A stretch of 62,325 bases of DNA, filler included, from Sphacelaria rigidula (taxonomy: Eukaryota), in the NCBI GenBank assembly GCA_964200075.2. It is 10 parts of 10 records of this genome, joined end to end, with 100 filler letters (N's around TTAATTAATTAA, not from the genome) between each part and the next. Parts side by side here need not be neighbours in the genome. Positions count along the whole stretch, not along the records: positions 18,731 to 24,873 come from CAXNAA020021961.1; positions 24,974 to 31,115 come from CAXNAA020021962.1; positions 31,216 to 37,357 come from CAXNAA020021963.1; 7 more parts are not named here. One strand, 5' to 3'. The notes beneath the pieces are model-generated. The model did not search any database, had not been told where the DNA came from, and was given only the letters and a program-made list of their open reading frames with translations. Position 1 is the first letter of the stretch. Each line of letters opens with the position of its first letter. Made by a program: the position numbers and the translations under genes. Positions 24,021 through 36,551 of the stretch are shown here, piece by piece.

Positions 24021-26962
24021 ACTGCAAGCATTGTTTCCGACCATTTGGTAATCTCTGTCGAATGAAAACGGTTAAAACGTACGGTGAAAAACAAAATTCC
24101 GATCTGGTACGAGTAGATCGTCGGTTCAACCTAAATGACGCGGACATGAACAACGACCCATCCCTCCCTATTGGATCATTTTTTTTCTTCCCGTCGCACT
24201 TTCTCGATCGGAAAATAGCTCGGTAAGACACGCCATGTCACGCCCTGTCTTTGAAAAAAACAGGAAAGATGCCGGTGTGTCCCGATTTGAGCTGAAAGAT
24301 GATATACAAAAAGTCAACGTCCAAAGAATCGGATAGTTGATCTGGTTTTCTCACAGCTAGCCGAAAAACACTGCCCAACGGGCTGGGGTCCGAAAAATCA
24401 GTCTACGGGAAAAAAACGTCTGTACACCGGCTGACATCCTCATATTTGTCCGAATCGAGATTGGTCGCCATAAAATATGGTCTTATTAGCTAATCGTTTT
24501 TCGATCGAAAAAGCGCGATGGATATTAAAATCCCGATCTGAGAGATAGCTATGCCACCATAAACGGCTTGGACACAAATAACGACCGCTCCTGACCTATC
24601 AGATCTCATTTTTTCTCTTCCGCCGCTTTTTTTCATCCAAAAATAATTTGCAAAGACACGGCCTTGTGGAGACAAAAAAAAAAATGGCATTGTGACTGGG
24701 ACAATAAGAAGGAGAGTAACGAACAGCACACGCGTTGCAACTATTTTTTCCTTCCTTCTCGCATTCTCATTGGATTGTTCCCCCGCTTTCACAAAAAAAA
24801 ACAGCACAAAAAAAAAAAAAAGATACGGGGGCACCAACACCGACGCACCGCCCCCTGCCGCCAACACCCCCACNNNNNNNNNNNNNNNNNNNNNNNNNNN
24901 NNNNNNNNNNNNNNNNNTTAATTAATTAANNNNNNNNNNNNNNNNNNNNNNNNNNNNNNNNNNNNNNNNNNNNAATGTTTTTTACCTCGTTGCATTCTTC
25001 TCCGCGCGCCGCTAATTATAATTTTGAGTTGAAGCCTTCGAGGAACATAAGTGCGGTGGACCTATCAGATCGGCAAAAAACAAATTCGACCGCACTTTTC
25101 CGATCGAAAAAAAAGGTGCTAAGACAGGCCCCAACAAAGGAAAAAGAATATAGAACATTGGAAGCGCGATTGCGAAGCAGAGCAATCGATTGAAGTATAT
25201 GCTTGTTGATTTACACTGAGATTCGTTGGACGACATGACTTTCAGGACGCGGCAGAGTACAGTACTTGAGTAATCATGTTCGGTGGAACATACAGTCGAC
25301 ATCGATGAGCCCACTCAATGTATATGGGGTGGGTGATATGTTGTAACACACGCTACCCCGATATTCATATATACCTGTGCTGATACCCTGACAGGGCAAT
25401 GTATTCACACCCGTACGATCTCAACATATATATATTGACAAGGCAATATGTTCTCACCAATGCACCCCTCAGATATATCGATCGTGCGACATGTCTTCGC
25501 CCACACTGCCCCAATATATTTTGATGAGACAACATGTGTGTAATCCCGCGGTACCAATATATACTGGGCAGGCAATATGTTTGCAGCCGAAGGGTACCAA
25601 CATATATATATATATATATATATATAAACAAGGTTCCCCTTCGGGAGATTGGTACGGGCCTCCCGGGGGTGACGCAAGTCGAAAACATGTTTCGTATGCC
25701 TTCTCAGTGCGCTGCAAAAACAAGTGTGGGAACAAATGCCTTGCTGGCAGAGGAAACTCGGCAAAATTGGTGGGAAATGCGAAATGATACATGTACATGA
25801 TATACATGGGTTGAATAAAGAGAGAAAAAGCGCGCGTGTCATCGTTTTGTCCGCGACGATCGAGCAGGTAGTATTGATTGCCCCCCGCGAAAAATAAAGA
25901 GACGTGGACAAACAAACACAAGTGATGAGGGAACCTCCAATTACATACAGCAATGTTTTCGTGAGATTGAGAGTAGAGGATACGATTGAGAGTGAGAAGC
26001 GGTCAATGAGTGACTTAATCGTTTCAGTTCCGAACTATCCCTCCGCGAGGCCCGATATGCTTTCTGTAGTAGGATGCCACTGAGGTCCTTGATATCCCTG
26101 AATAGGATATCGATGTGTAACTATAAGCACAAGCCAGTGATGGAGGCAAAGAAAAGCACGCGCGGAATAAATAAACGTGCAAGCTAGATCGAATGACCAA
26201 AGCCGCTCTCAATCCGCGCTCTGCTCTCAATGTCACGTTGTCACAGGTCACGTACGACTTCGAATGCACACCTTTGGCCACATTTCACCTGTCATGTCAT
26301 ATACCCGCATTTTCTAATGTGATGATTGGTACTCGATTTTACTCGATTTCAGAATGAAAAAAAATCTGAGAAAATCCATGATTTGGGGCAGGTGAGCAGT
26401 GATGAGCAGTAGACCCAGGTCGTCCAGCACATGTTTTGGTCCAAAATCGTCTCAAGGGCGTCGATTTGAGCTCTCGCAAAGCACGCTTTACTTGGGGCCT
26501 TTATCATCGACATATGAAAAAATGGGAGAAGGTCTGAATCCCCGGCAATCGCCTAGGGCTCGTTATTATCTAAGTCTATGGTTGCTAATAGATATCTCAT
26601 TGCAGATGGTGCTGATCTCGTCGTTTGCTTGCCTTCGCCGGCAAAGTAAAGGACAGGGTTACGCTACCCGCCGTGTATGGCGTTCATAACTGTGGCAAAC
26701 ATATTCATCACAACCTCTCTGTGACACGGGGATGCAGTCGGACAGGCTAGGGGGTGATCGATCGGCTCTCTCGGGATGCTGCAGCAGCAAAAATGAGTAA
26801 AAATAGCAACTGTAGAAAGCCCCGTGCATAGATTGCAGCATGCTTGCTTTCTGTGAGCTGTATGCGCAGATACACCAAATAAAAGTACCAGCTTTACACT
26901 TTTCAGACGGTGCAGTGCTCCCGAATCAACGATAATGCAAGGAAATACCCCGCCATGAACAG

Positions 26963-27090
26963 GCTTTTGTTGTTTTGGTTCCTGTTTGAAGTTTTCCATC
27001 ATCTTGAAGAGGCGTTCGTGGTCCGGGATCGACACCCCGCGAAAAAGAGCCAATGTGGGCGACTTTCGATGGCCAGAACACGCGCCACAG
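26963..27090 (+). CDS. Candidate upstream exon of the CCD gene
   Basis: Bounded by cag| and |gtatca, open, and ending in phase 1, which matches the exon at 27979. The peptide itself (LLLFWFLFEVFHHLEEAF...) has no motif I recognise. Confidence 0.35.
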
Positions 27091-27978
27091 GTATCAGATG
27101 ACACCCAAACCTAAAGGGTAATGTACCGCTGCGCCTTCTCCGTGCGCTGCAAAAGAAAGCGCGTGATAAGATGCCCTGCCGCCAGAGAACACTCGGCAAA
27201 AGTGGTGAAAAATGCGAAATGATACATGTACATATATATGTTGGGCGGGCAACACATGTGCAGTTCAAGGGTACCAGTATAGATTACGTCGGCCATAAAT
27301 CGCAATATTCCAATATGGCCGACTTTTATATATTGGAAACGAAGTGTATCGTTGAGGGTGTGCAACGTTTTGCGTGGGGCTTACCGATGTTTCGTTTTGT
27401 AGAGCCGAATAATCTACTACGCTGACACTAAGGCTCTTGTAGGAACGATGGTCCCTCCCCTTGGGTACAAGTGGTGCATGATGCATCAGTAACAACACGC
27501 AATGCATGAGTTTCCCTGGTATTGTCTTTGGTCCGGATAGATGCGCGACATCGAGATTTCATTTCTGCCCACGTTTCAGCGTTGGCGCTGCAAAACTCGT
27601 GGATCTTCCACGAGAAAGCACCGGCACAACTGCAGAGAGGAGTATTATCGTTTGCTTTATGACCATTTAGAAAAATGTGACAGGAAGCAAGATGCAGTAC
27701 GAGTGGTCGAAGGCAAGATTTACCCTAGCTTCACAGACTTCTCGTCACGAGCATACGGAAATATCGTCAGATATATATCTCCCAGAGTAGAGGCGGGACG
27801 CGAGATGGGAATAGATGCGACAATTTACCATCCCCTTCGCACTTTATGCACCACAATTTTACGCGCACTTCCCTTAAGGAGATTAAAATCCCCCCAAGTT
27901 TCGCAACCCCCGCCCGCGCCCCCCTCCTCTGCCTCATGTGCCCGTGTCACTTTTCAGCCCCAATTGCAACGCCGGTAG

Positions 27979-30482
27979 AGACGACCCTCAACATGATCAC
28001 TGGTGAGGCAACTCGCAGGCGGCTTCTGCCACCCCTTTCTCAGTTAAATCTGGATTTTCCCCAGATCCGTCAGTCTCTGCTCGGCCGCCGGACTCGCTTC
28101 GGTTACACTTCCTGCTCCGGCAAATGTGGCCTGTTCACCGGTTTTGTCAAGCTAGATTTACAGGTGTGTGTGGAGGCGGGGTGTCAGAGAGAGCGCATGC
28201 CTGTTGGCGTCTTGTGTTGTCGAGATGAAACGTTGCAGGGTCGTATGGGAGGGTATTCGGGGCCGTTTCCTACCACGAAATTCTACTTGAAATCGTCGTT
28301 ACTAGAAGCAACAGTTCTTCGTACGCGCCGGCTCCCGATAAACAACTCTCATTCATACTGCTTTACACCGCTTTCACCCAAATGCATGCGCACCGCGAGT
28401 GGCTCATGTCGTTTGACGCATCCTGGAGCACTTTAGTTCGTGGTATCAAACACCCCTTCCCCCCCTTCCGTAGCATGGCCCATGAAGCAATTCGCGCGTG
28501 CGATGTGCGCGAGTGTGTGAGGGAGAGAGCACTCTGTTGTACGGGTGCATGGAGGAGATGCTACGTGGGTTCAAGTCTGTGCGTTCTTGTTAAGGTCAGA
28601 AAAACTGGCACAATCGAAAACACACTCGGGAAAACAATAAGCACACCTGTTGTCTTCGGTCAAACGTAAAAAGCAAAAGAGTCGGCTCTGTTTTTTTATC
28701 CTCAACTCTTGACGGACCTGGTGGGTCGTGTCAACTGTAGAGTCGGCATTGTCGTGAAAAACCCACAAGCAGGAGTATAATCACTACAATTAATTGATAA
28801 TTGCGTCCTGTTCCCAATGAAACTCGACAGGCAGCCAGCCCTGAGATGGCAGTGATTGGCCGGGTAGATCACGGGGAGGGGTGGTGCGGCGGGGAGGCCC
28901 TATTCATTCCAGCCGACTCAGGGGTGAAGGCACAAGAATCTGACGAGGACGATGGCTTTTTGGCCACTTTCGTCAGCCCTACGAATGGGGGCAATTCGGG
29001 TATGTTAACTGGATTCAGGGTGTTGGTGCTTGATGTTTGAACGGTGTGTCGGCCTCTGGGTTAGTAGGCAATAGACAAAAAAGGGGCACATCTCCACGAA
29101 TTATGAGCCAGGATGGGGTACACACCGAACAGTGTCTGAGAGAAAGCCGAGTTATTCGTCGCCGGCCTGTTTCCCACGTCAACCATGTGTGCGGTTTCAT
29201 CATTTACCCTACTGTGCTCAACTAGACCTACCCACTTCATTGGGTGATTATCCCGGCGCTATTTGTTCCTTGCTTATAGCCGCATTTACGTCGGCATGCG
29301 GAGGTAGTGGACGCAATAAAGTCCCACTGCGATGGCGCACTTCAACACTCTGGCTCTTGTGAGGGAGAGATGATGTCAATGGCCCGGGTAATTGTGTGCC
29401 GTGCAAGGCAGCTTGTTTGCTGATCGCACACAGTATGAATGAAAGTACACTGGACCACAATTGTATTGCAAAGATGAAGGGTGCTTCAGTCGGACGAGTT
29501 ACTCGTTTTCGTTCCTTTAGTCACAAGCGCGTTATCTTCACTACGCCATGGATTGTAAGTTGTTACATGCGATAGACAAGGAAGGCTAACGACCCCTGCT
29601 AGCTCAAGTTCCCTAGGAACGGGTAAAGGGCTACGGTACTATATCCAAAGGAAAGCAGGTAAAAGCTTGTGGATGATCAGAAAAGGGTATTTTTCAACAA
29701 CATCATAAACGGGGGTTATATTCACGATCGTCATCGCCAAATGTGGGGTACCACCAACTCAGGCGGGGGACTGCCTCGTTCATCATCAGTTTGATATATG
29801 TTTTTTTCGTGTGACGAATGACTGTAAATCTATCGCAGGAGGTGAAGAAAGCACTTGGGGCTGCAAAAACTTGCTTGTAGCCTACTGAACTCGAGTGCTG
29901 TGCCCTTCCGTTAGGTGTACCCTTTTGGCCAAAGTTCGGGGTGGTGCACCCATCTTTGACTAACGGCCTTGTTCGTTCATTTGCTGTGTTGCCTGTCCCT
30001 GTTATTCTTTCCTAATTCCTATTTTTCAGTTTTATAGCTACTGAGTCCTCTCGTCTGGCAGGTATTTTGTTTGTTCGAGTACCGTTTGATTGCTTACCGC
30101 AGGCTTCTCCCGTCCATCTTTCGGCGTGCCGGGGGTTCATATGCTCGTCGTTGCGTATTCTGCTGTACCTCATACGGACTCAGTTCGTACAGTAAGGTTG
30201 TAGCGGCAAACGATATGTTGGAGCGGATCGGGTGGAAGTGGCTGTATCTCGCAAATCACCCCACAACCCTTCTTCTCCGACGTTGCTTTCTTGTGACCTG
30301 TTTATGGCTCCCCTTTTCGCTTAACGCGATGCCTCGTTCGATCAACGGCAGAGCTGCGGGTGTGGAATGCGAAGACTATGGCGCAGGAGCCGGTAGCCGT
30401 GGTGAAGTTGCCTGCCCGAGTGCCCATGGGGTTTCACGCGCTGTTCGTCAACGAAGCAGAGCTGGCCAATCAAGCCGACTGA
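27979..30482 (+). CDS. 3' exons of a carotenoid cleavage dioxygenase (RPE65/CCD/NCED family): 27979-28163, 28831-28999, 30352-30482 (stop)
   Basis: The phase-consistent exons encode [19 protein letters not shown]...[17 protein letters not shown]...[10 protein letters not shown] and [10 protein letters not shown]...[14 protein letters not shown]...*. These are the hallmark C-terminal CCD motifs, including the last iron-binding His. Confidence 0.93.
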
Positions 30483-31420
30483 TTTCTGCAACCGTCAGGC
30501 GCTTCTACAATGCCCCCGGGCGCGGATGCTGATCGACGGCGACGAGCAAACTGCTTTTGACACGGAATATATGTCTATTGAGATAAAAATCCACCGGAGA
30601 CCTTTTTCATTATACTCTGTTGTCGGCTTGTGATGAATGCCCGCACTTCACCCCGCTCTCTTTACAGCTTTACAGTAGTAGCCCTTTGACCTGTCACAGC
30701 GACGCCAAACCTTCGAAGATCTTTATTGCCTAAGAATGTGATTGAACCCTTGATGTAAGAAGAATTTGTTTCCGGTGGAGGTGGGGGCGAGCTCGAGCCT
30801 TTCTGCAACCAACTTTGTAGCGGTTTTACCGTTGGCTGCAACGCCCTTGGTCTCGAAATGTGCTAGGCCGTCTTATTTCCCCACAGTATTTCTTCGTGTT
30901 GCCTCAAATGAGATGAAGCAACTCATAGCATGTTTGCATTGACGCAAGTGAAGGGGGCGGCATTTGCGGGTGAGAGTTGAACAGTGGCGTTAATGAAGAC
31001 CCAGCTGCCTCTGCGAAAGGATGTTGTAGAGTACCTCTGAGCCATCCTACGATAGGGGTGGGGGTATTTTGGGGCATTTGTTGCTCGAAATTTCGAGTCA
31101 GATCGTCGTTGAAAGNNNNNNNNNNNNNNNNNNNNNNNNNNNNNNNNNNNNNNNNNNNNTTAATTAATTAANNNNNNNNNNNNNNNNNNNNNNNNNNNNN
31201 NNNNNNNNNNNNNNNGATAAGGGGCTCCTAACAATTTTAATCTCAGAAATTATTTCTGTACCCCTACCGTAGCATCACTCAATGAGCGGCTCTACTAGCC
31301 GCACATGTGACTCCTCAAGTGAAGAGTCAGCGGTGGAACATCGGGTCCGACCTCAGATACTCTACTCAACTTTCGGGTACATTGGGTATGACCTCAAAAA
31401 CTCAAATTTTGGAGAGATTG

Positions 31421-31774
31421 CACACGAGGCCATTCGGCCACCCCCCGAAATTCCTCTAGGGCGGTCAACGTTTCGAGCCTCCAGAGGAAGTAAACGCCTC
31501 AGGAGGGATGCGTGGCCCTCCCAAGGAGATTGTTTAGTTTCCTCCAGAGGGATTAAACGCCTCCAGAGGCTTGTTTTTGCCTCTGGAGAGGGTCGCGCAT
31601 CCCTCCGAAGGCATTCTGCTACCGCTAAATTTTCCGGGGGGTGCGTGGCCCTCCAGGGCGGTAGTGTTTGGCTTCCTCCGGAGGGATTGAAGGACTCCGG
31701 AGGCTTGTTTTGCCTCTGGAGGGCCGCGCATCTCTCCGGAGGAACATTGAGGGGTCGCCATATGGCCGCGTGTG
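31421..31774. mobile_element. MITE with CACACGAGGCCAT termini and CCTCCAGAGG subrepeats, inserted in the TACTCAAA repeat element
   Basis: 12/13-bp TIR match (ATGGCCGCGTGTG at 31762-31774). It interrupts an AGATTG|AGTATG unit with an apparent 2-bp TG duplication. Confidence 0.65.
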
Positions 31775-32497
31775 TGAGTATGATCTCAAATACTCTTCAC
31801 AAAATTCAAGTAGATTGAGTATGACCTCAAATACTCTACTCAAATTTTGTGTAGGTCGAGTACGACCTCAAATATGCTACTAAATATTTGAGTAGGTCGA
31901 GTACGGCCTCCAATACTCTATTCAATTTTCGAATAGGTCGAGTACGACCTCCAGTACTCTACTCAAATATTGAGTTAGCACTCTCAGTAATACTTGAGTA
32001 TAGAGTATCACTCGGGCATGACCTCAATACTTTACTCAAATTTCGAGTGGGTCGAATGCGGCCTCAAATACTCTACTCAATTTTTGAGTAAGTCGAGTAT
32101 GACCTCCACTACTCGACTCAAATATTGAGTTAGCACTCTCAGAAATACTTGAATATAGAGTATCACTTGGGTATGACCTCAAATACTCTACTCAATTCTT
32201 GGGTGGATCGAGTATGACCTCAACTAGTCTACTCAAATTTTGGGTAGGTTGAGTACGACCTCAAATAGCCTACTCAAATTTTGAGTACTGAAGGTATGAC
32301 TCTCCGAAAATACGGAGTATTGAGTATACTCCACTCGACCTGCCCTTGGAATCGTCACTATATGTTGACCTCGTGTCGCAGCCAACATATTACTCGAAAC
32401 ATGTGTACTGGCGCCTCCCCGCACCAACACATTACGTGGCCAGTATATATGTTGAAGTGGCGCATGTCGTGACATATTGTTCGGTCGATATACATTG

Positions 32498-34581
32498 CAC
32501 ACCCTGGACAATGGGCACAACAACAGTCCATTGCTTCAGCAATAGACATGGGGGAAATCTATCGATATATATTATCGAACACAATAGATGGTGAAACACA
32601 TGTATTGATGTATTGCAAGGGAGAATATATGTCGTAATAGTCGATCAATAACCTATGGTAATTACAATAGATGAAGATCACTCGCCATCGACGGACAACG
32701 TGTACCGCAATAGATGATGGGATGTACATATCGATAGCCATTGCCGTATCAATACGTTTGGTGAGCCATCCATCGGTAGCCATTGCCGTCAAAAGATTAG
32801 GTGAGCCATCTATGAATACCCAATACCGTCATCGATAGATTTTGGTGAGCCGTCTATCGGTAGCCTCTGCCGTCATCAAGGCATGTTTTGGTGTCCATCA
32901 ATATGGGCATTGCCGCCAACAATCGATTGTTCTTGGGAGCACCTATCGATAGCCAGTGACGCCAACGATAGGTTTTGAAAAAGTGATTCCTCACTGCAGT
33001 GGTCGCATGACATCAATGGCAATACCCTTCATACATGAACACGTGACGACCTGAGGCGATAGCTGGCCATAGCTTCTGTGGAATGAGGTGAAAACATACA
33101 TCGAGATATGTGCATATATAGCGCTAGTGATCGACGCCATTCAGCTACTTTTAACAGCGTTTTCGTAAGATTGAGGATAGAGGATACGATCGAGAGTGAA
33201 AATCGGTCAATCCCTGAATGAACGATTTCAGTTCCGAAGTGCCCCTCCATAAGGCCCGATATGCATTCTGCAGTTTCTTGCCACTGAAGCCCTTCATATC
33301 CCTGAGTAGGATGTCGATGTGTAGCTGTAAGCACACGCCAGTGTTACAGGCAAAGGAAAGCACACACAAAATGATACATTGGTCAAGTTGAAGTGAACGA
33401 TCAAATTCACTCCCAATCAACGCTCTACTCTCAATCTCACGAAAACATTGTTTTTTGTGGTCAGCAATAGATATTAGTGACTGCGATACATATTGCATTG
33501 AGACCAGCGGTAGATATTGATGGCCGCGATTCAGATCCTATTGTGACCAACAATATGTATTGGTGGCCGCGTGGCGGATCCTATTGTGACTAGCAGTAGA
33601 CATTGGTGGCAAAAATTCAGAGCCTTTTGCAACAAATACAACGTATCGATGGACGACTTGGCCCCTCCATTGTCAAGGCAATGATACATTCTGTCCCTTG
33701 TCCCGAATATATTGTCGCCTACAATAGCTATCGATAGACATTGATGTCAGTCGATTATGACTGACAGTGATATTTGACAGTCAATTTTTCGGGGCTATTG
33801 CAGCACCAATGTTCTACTGCATAGTCTATTGTCCAGGGTATAAGCACATCTCACCCACACACAAAAGCACTACAAGTACCCATGTCCATCAGAGGGACAA
33901 CCATAAGTACCAACATCACACCAACAGCAACAGTTGTAAACTTTTGTCCACACATATTGCGGATTCCTACAAAATACAAGCGTTCCAAAATTGTAGAAAC
34001 GCGACGTCATATATTGACAAGAAGTATCATCATATACCTGCTGCATGTCCACCTGCGGCTTCTCTACCGCACTTTAACGGAGTATAATATGTTCTATACG
34101 TAGTATGTTGCGACGTAGGTGTGGCAATAGACGACAGAGAAAATCTATCGGTAGGTGTTGTATGCCACAGTAGATTCTGGTATGTAGCTATCGATATGCA
34201 TTGCCGCCATGCATAGATTTATACGCAATCCATCAATAGCCATTGCTGTCGTCAATACATTCGGTATGCAATCCATCAATAGCCATCGTCGTCATCAATA
34301 GACTTGGCACGCGGTCTATCGATAGCCGTTGCCGTCATCAATAGATTCGGAAAGCTATCGATCGATGCATTTGGTCGGCCGCAATAGACGTCGGTGTAGG
34401 GCCACAGCAGACTGCTGCCCAGACAAGAGTGTGGGAAACTAGTGTATCGATAATCATTGCCAACGACAACAGAAGAAGAAACTTGCCGATCGATAGCCAT
34501 TCCGGACGACAATATTGGTATCTACTGCAGAAGGTTCTATACTACTATCGCATATAGATGTCGTCCATTGTTCAGGGTGTG
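32498..34581. mobile_element. CACACCCTGGACAA-family TIR element with an 8-bp TSD, nested inside a related element
   Basis: TIRs CACACCCTGGACAATGG / CCATTGTTCAGGGTGTG with TSD ATACATTG on both sides. The flanks (32350-32497, 34590-34739) resemble the 13047 element and end in TTGTCCAGGATGTG. Confidence 0.88.
33155..33450. mobile_element. MITE with ~28-bp TIRs (CAATGTTTTCGTGAGATTGAGAGTAGAG); copies at 25951-~26240 and 37288-37330
   Basis: The right end CTCTACTCTCAATCTCACGAAAACATTG is the exact reverse complement of the left end at 25951. The interiors of the 25951 and 33155 copies align. Confidence 0.8.
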
Positions 34582-35641
34582 ATACATTGCATGTCGCGAG
34601 CCTTGACATGTTGAAGACACGATATGTATATTCATGTGTCTCGTGCCATGATATTTTTCGGGCAATATATATTAAACACGCGACGCGTCGACATATTGCG
34701 TGGGCAATATATATTACATATTGTATTGTCCAGGATGTGTAAACAAACTTTGCGAATTTCAAGGGTGACAGCCGTGCTGCGAGGAGTCATCACAAACTGG
34801 TCAATCAATGCATACTGTGATCAGCACCACAAGCTCTTTTACTCGTCTGTTCGCCGCAGGCAAGGATGGCACTATCGCGGAGATTACCACCTTTCCAGCC
34901 ACTATAGACGGCGCAACTTCACGAACGGTGAGCAACGGGGTGATGCATCAAGATTATCTATAATCGCCGTCCTCCCAGCAGGGCCGGTGGTACAAACCTT
35001 CCACTTGGGGCTCTGCTAAGGTACACGTAAGATGGACGCTATAACCTCAACTCTATACAGACTTACTCACGGACAAGACAAGGCACTAAGCATGCGGTCA
35101 ACATGTGCGGTATACGTGAGATCGGAGTGTAGTGTTGTAGTTGCACCAGAGATGATATCCGAAGTCGTGCCCATGAGTGGCACAGACTGTCGCCCCCAAC
35201 CAGATTATCGGCTCACTCTGTACCCATTCATCCACGGGACACGATCCTGAGCGGGTGAGACCGGGGATAAACATCTGCCGAAACCAGCCAAATCAGTTGC
35301 TTACTCATCCCGTGCGGCGACTAACTGTTTCGTCGTACTTTGCTGTGTATTCTGCATCCAGCTGTATCACCTTCCCATGTACCCTTTATCATTGCAGCGT
35401 TCGGCTTTTTGCTGAGGTACTTGTTGATGGCGGCACACCGGGGGGGGGGGGGTCAACAGTTTTTACCGCCCCTGCAGACGGCGTTTCGAGGGAAAATGAG
35501 GGAAGTTTGGGGATCCAACGTCGCATGTCGAAAGTGGTCATTTAGTATCCATGCGCAAGGAGACGAGCGGATGAAAAAAACACCATTGTTATGTTTCCCT
35601 CCACCCATTCCCTTATCCCTCCGTAACATCTCATGGTGCAG

Positions 35642-35907
35642 AGTCAACCACGGAGGCTATAGGGGACTCGAAGCATCAGGAGTCTGCTGCAGATATGAAA
35701 GCCGCACTCACGGTAGCACAAGAAGTAGTGACTGCAGCAAAAGATGCCAAGGCAGCGTCGAGTCAATCGGAGGCGGTGGCGAGAGAAGTGACAAAAGCGG
35801 CAGAGAGAACGATGGCGGCGGCCGAACGAATGATGGCTGCTGCAAATCATATAATGGCTGCTGCAAAACAAATTGCCGCAGCCCAGGCCGAGAAACAAGC
35901 AATCAAG
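35642..35907 (+). CDS. Candidate Ala-rich helical/coiled-coil exon upstream of the ankyrin ORF
   Basis: A pyrimidine-rich acceptor (tgcag|) precedes an open frame STTEAIGDSKHQESAADMKAALTVAQEVVTAAKDAKAA...AEKQAIK, followed by |gtgaca. Its phase does not match the obvious acceptor at 36119, so the join is unresolved. Confidence 0.45.
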
Positions 35908-35972
35908 GTGACACGCGTAAGAGGTATCACTTGAACATGGATTGACAGGGGATCGGAGCGGGAGGGAACGCA

Positions 35973-36551
35973 GTGCATTCGATCCGCAAATGCGTGAGTT
36001 TAAGCTTAGGCCCACGATCGATCGACACGCGAAAACATGCGCGAGTCACTCCAAAATATCCTCTGCTCGCCGCTGCTGTGCGCAACATTCTCAACGCAAC
36101 GAACCGCGTGATGAACAGGGAGAGTGCCGAAGACACACCGATCTTCCTGATAACACCCGATACGAACGAAAACGAGCTTCGGGATAAGTGGATCAAAACC
36201 GGCATCATCAAACCCAACGAAAACCTCGGCGAGGCTTTGGCGATATCCGGCAAGGTAAGACTTCTCGAAGAGGCTGTCAAACACGGCACCCCCTTGACGA
36301 AGATGACTATGGCAAGCGCTGCTTGGGGCGGTCAACTGGAAGTTCTAAAGGGGTTACGCGGCCGTGGCGTGGAGTGGAATCACTGGGTATGTCATTGGGC
36401 TGCCGCTCAAGGACATCTGAATGTCGTTCAGTGGGCCCATGAGAATGATGCGCCTTGGGACAGCCACACACACAGATTGGCGATGAGCTGCAAGCAGGAT
36501 CATGTCGTTAAATATCTGATCGAAAATGGCTGCCCGGAGCACGTCGACTGA
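35973..36551 (+). CDS. Ankyrin-repeat protein of the large-DNA-virus/algal type; the true 5' boundary is probably a splice acceptor near 36119
   Basis: AAWGGQLEVLKGLRGRGVEWNHWVCHWAAAQGHLNVVQWAHENDAPWD...VVKYLIENGCP shows the short degenerate ankyrin unit AAxxGHLxVLxWxxxxGxPWD. Confidence 0.8.
   Translation: MHSIRKCVSLSLGPRSIDTRKHARVTPKYPLLAAAVRNILNATNRVMNRESAEDTPIFLITPDTNENELRDKWIKTGIIKPNENLGEALAISGKVRLLEEAVKHGTPLTKMTMASAAWGGQLEVLKGLRGRGVEWNHWVCHWAAAQGHLNVVQWAHENDAPWDSHTHRLAMSCKQDHVVKYLIENGCPEHVD

Noticed and set aside
31775..32340. Palindromic ~44-bp repeats as a CRISPR array
   Set aside because: The units are degenerate and contiguous with no unique spacers, there are no cas genes, and the same repeat occurs as a dispersed TIR element at 57697-58063.
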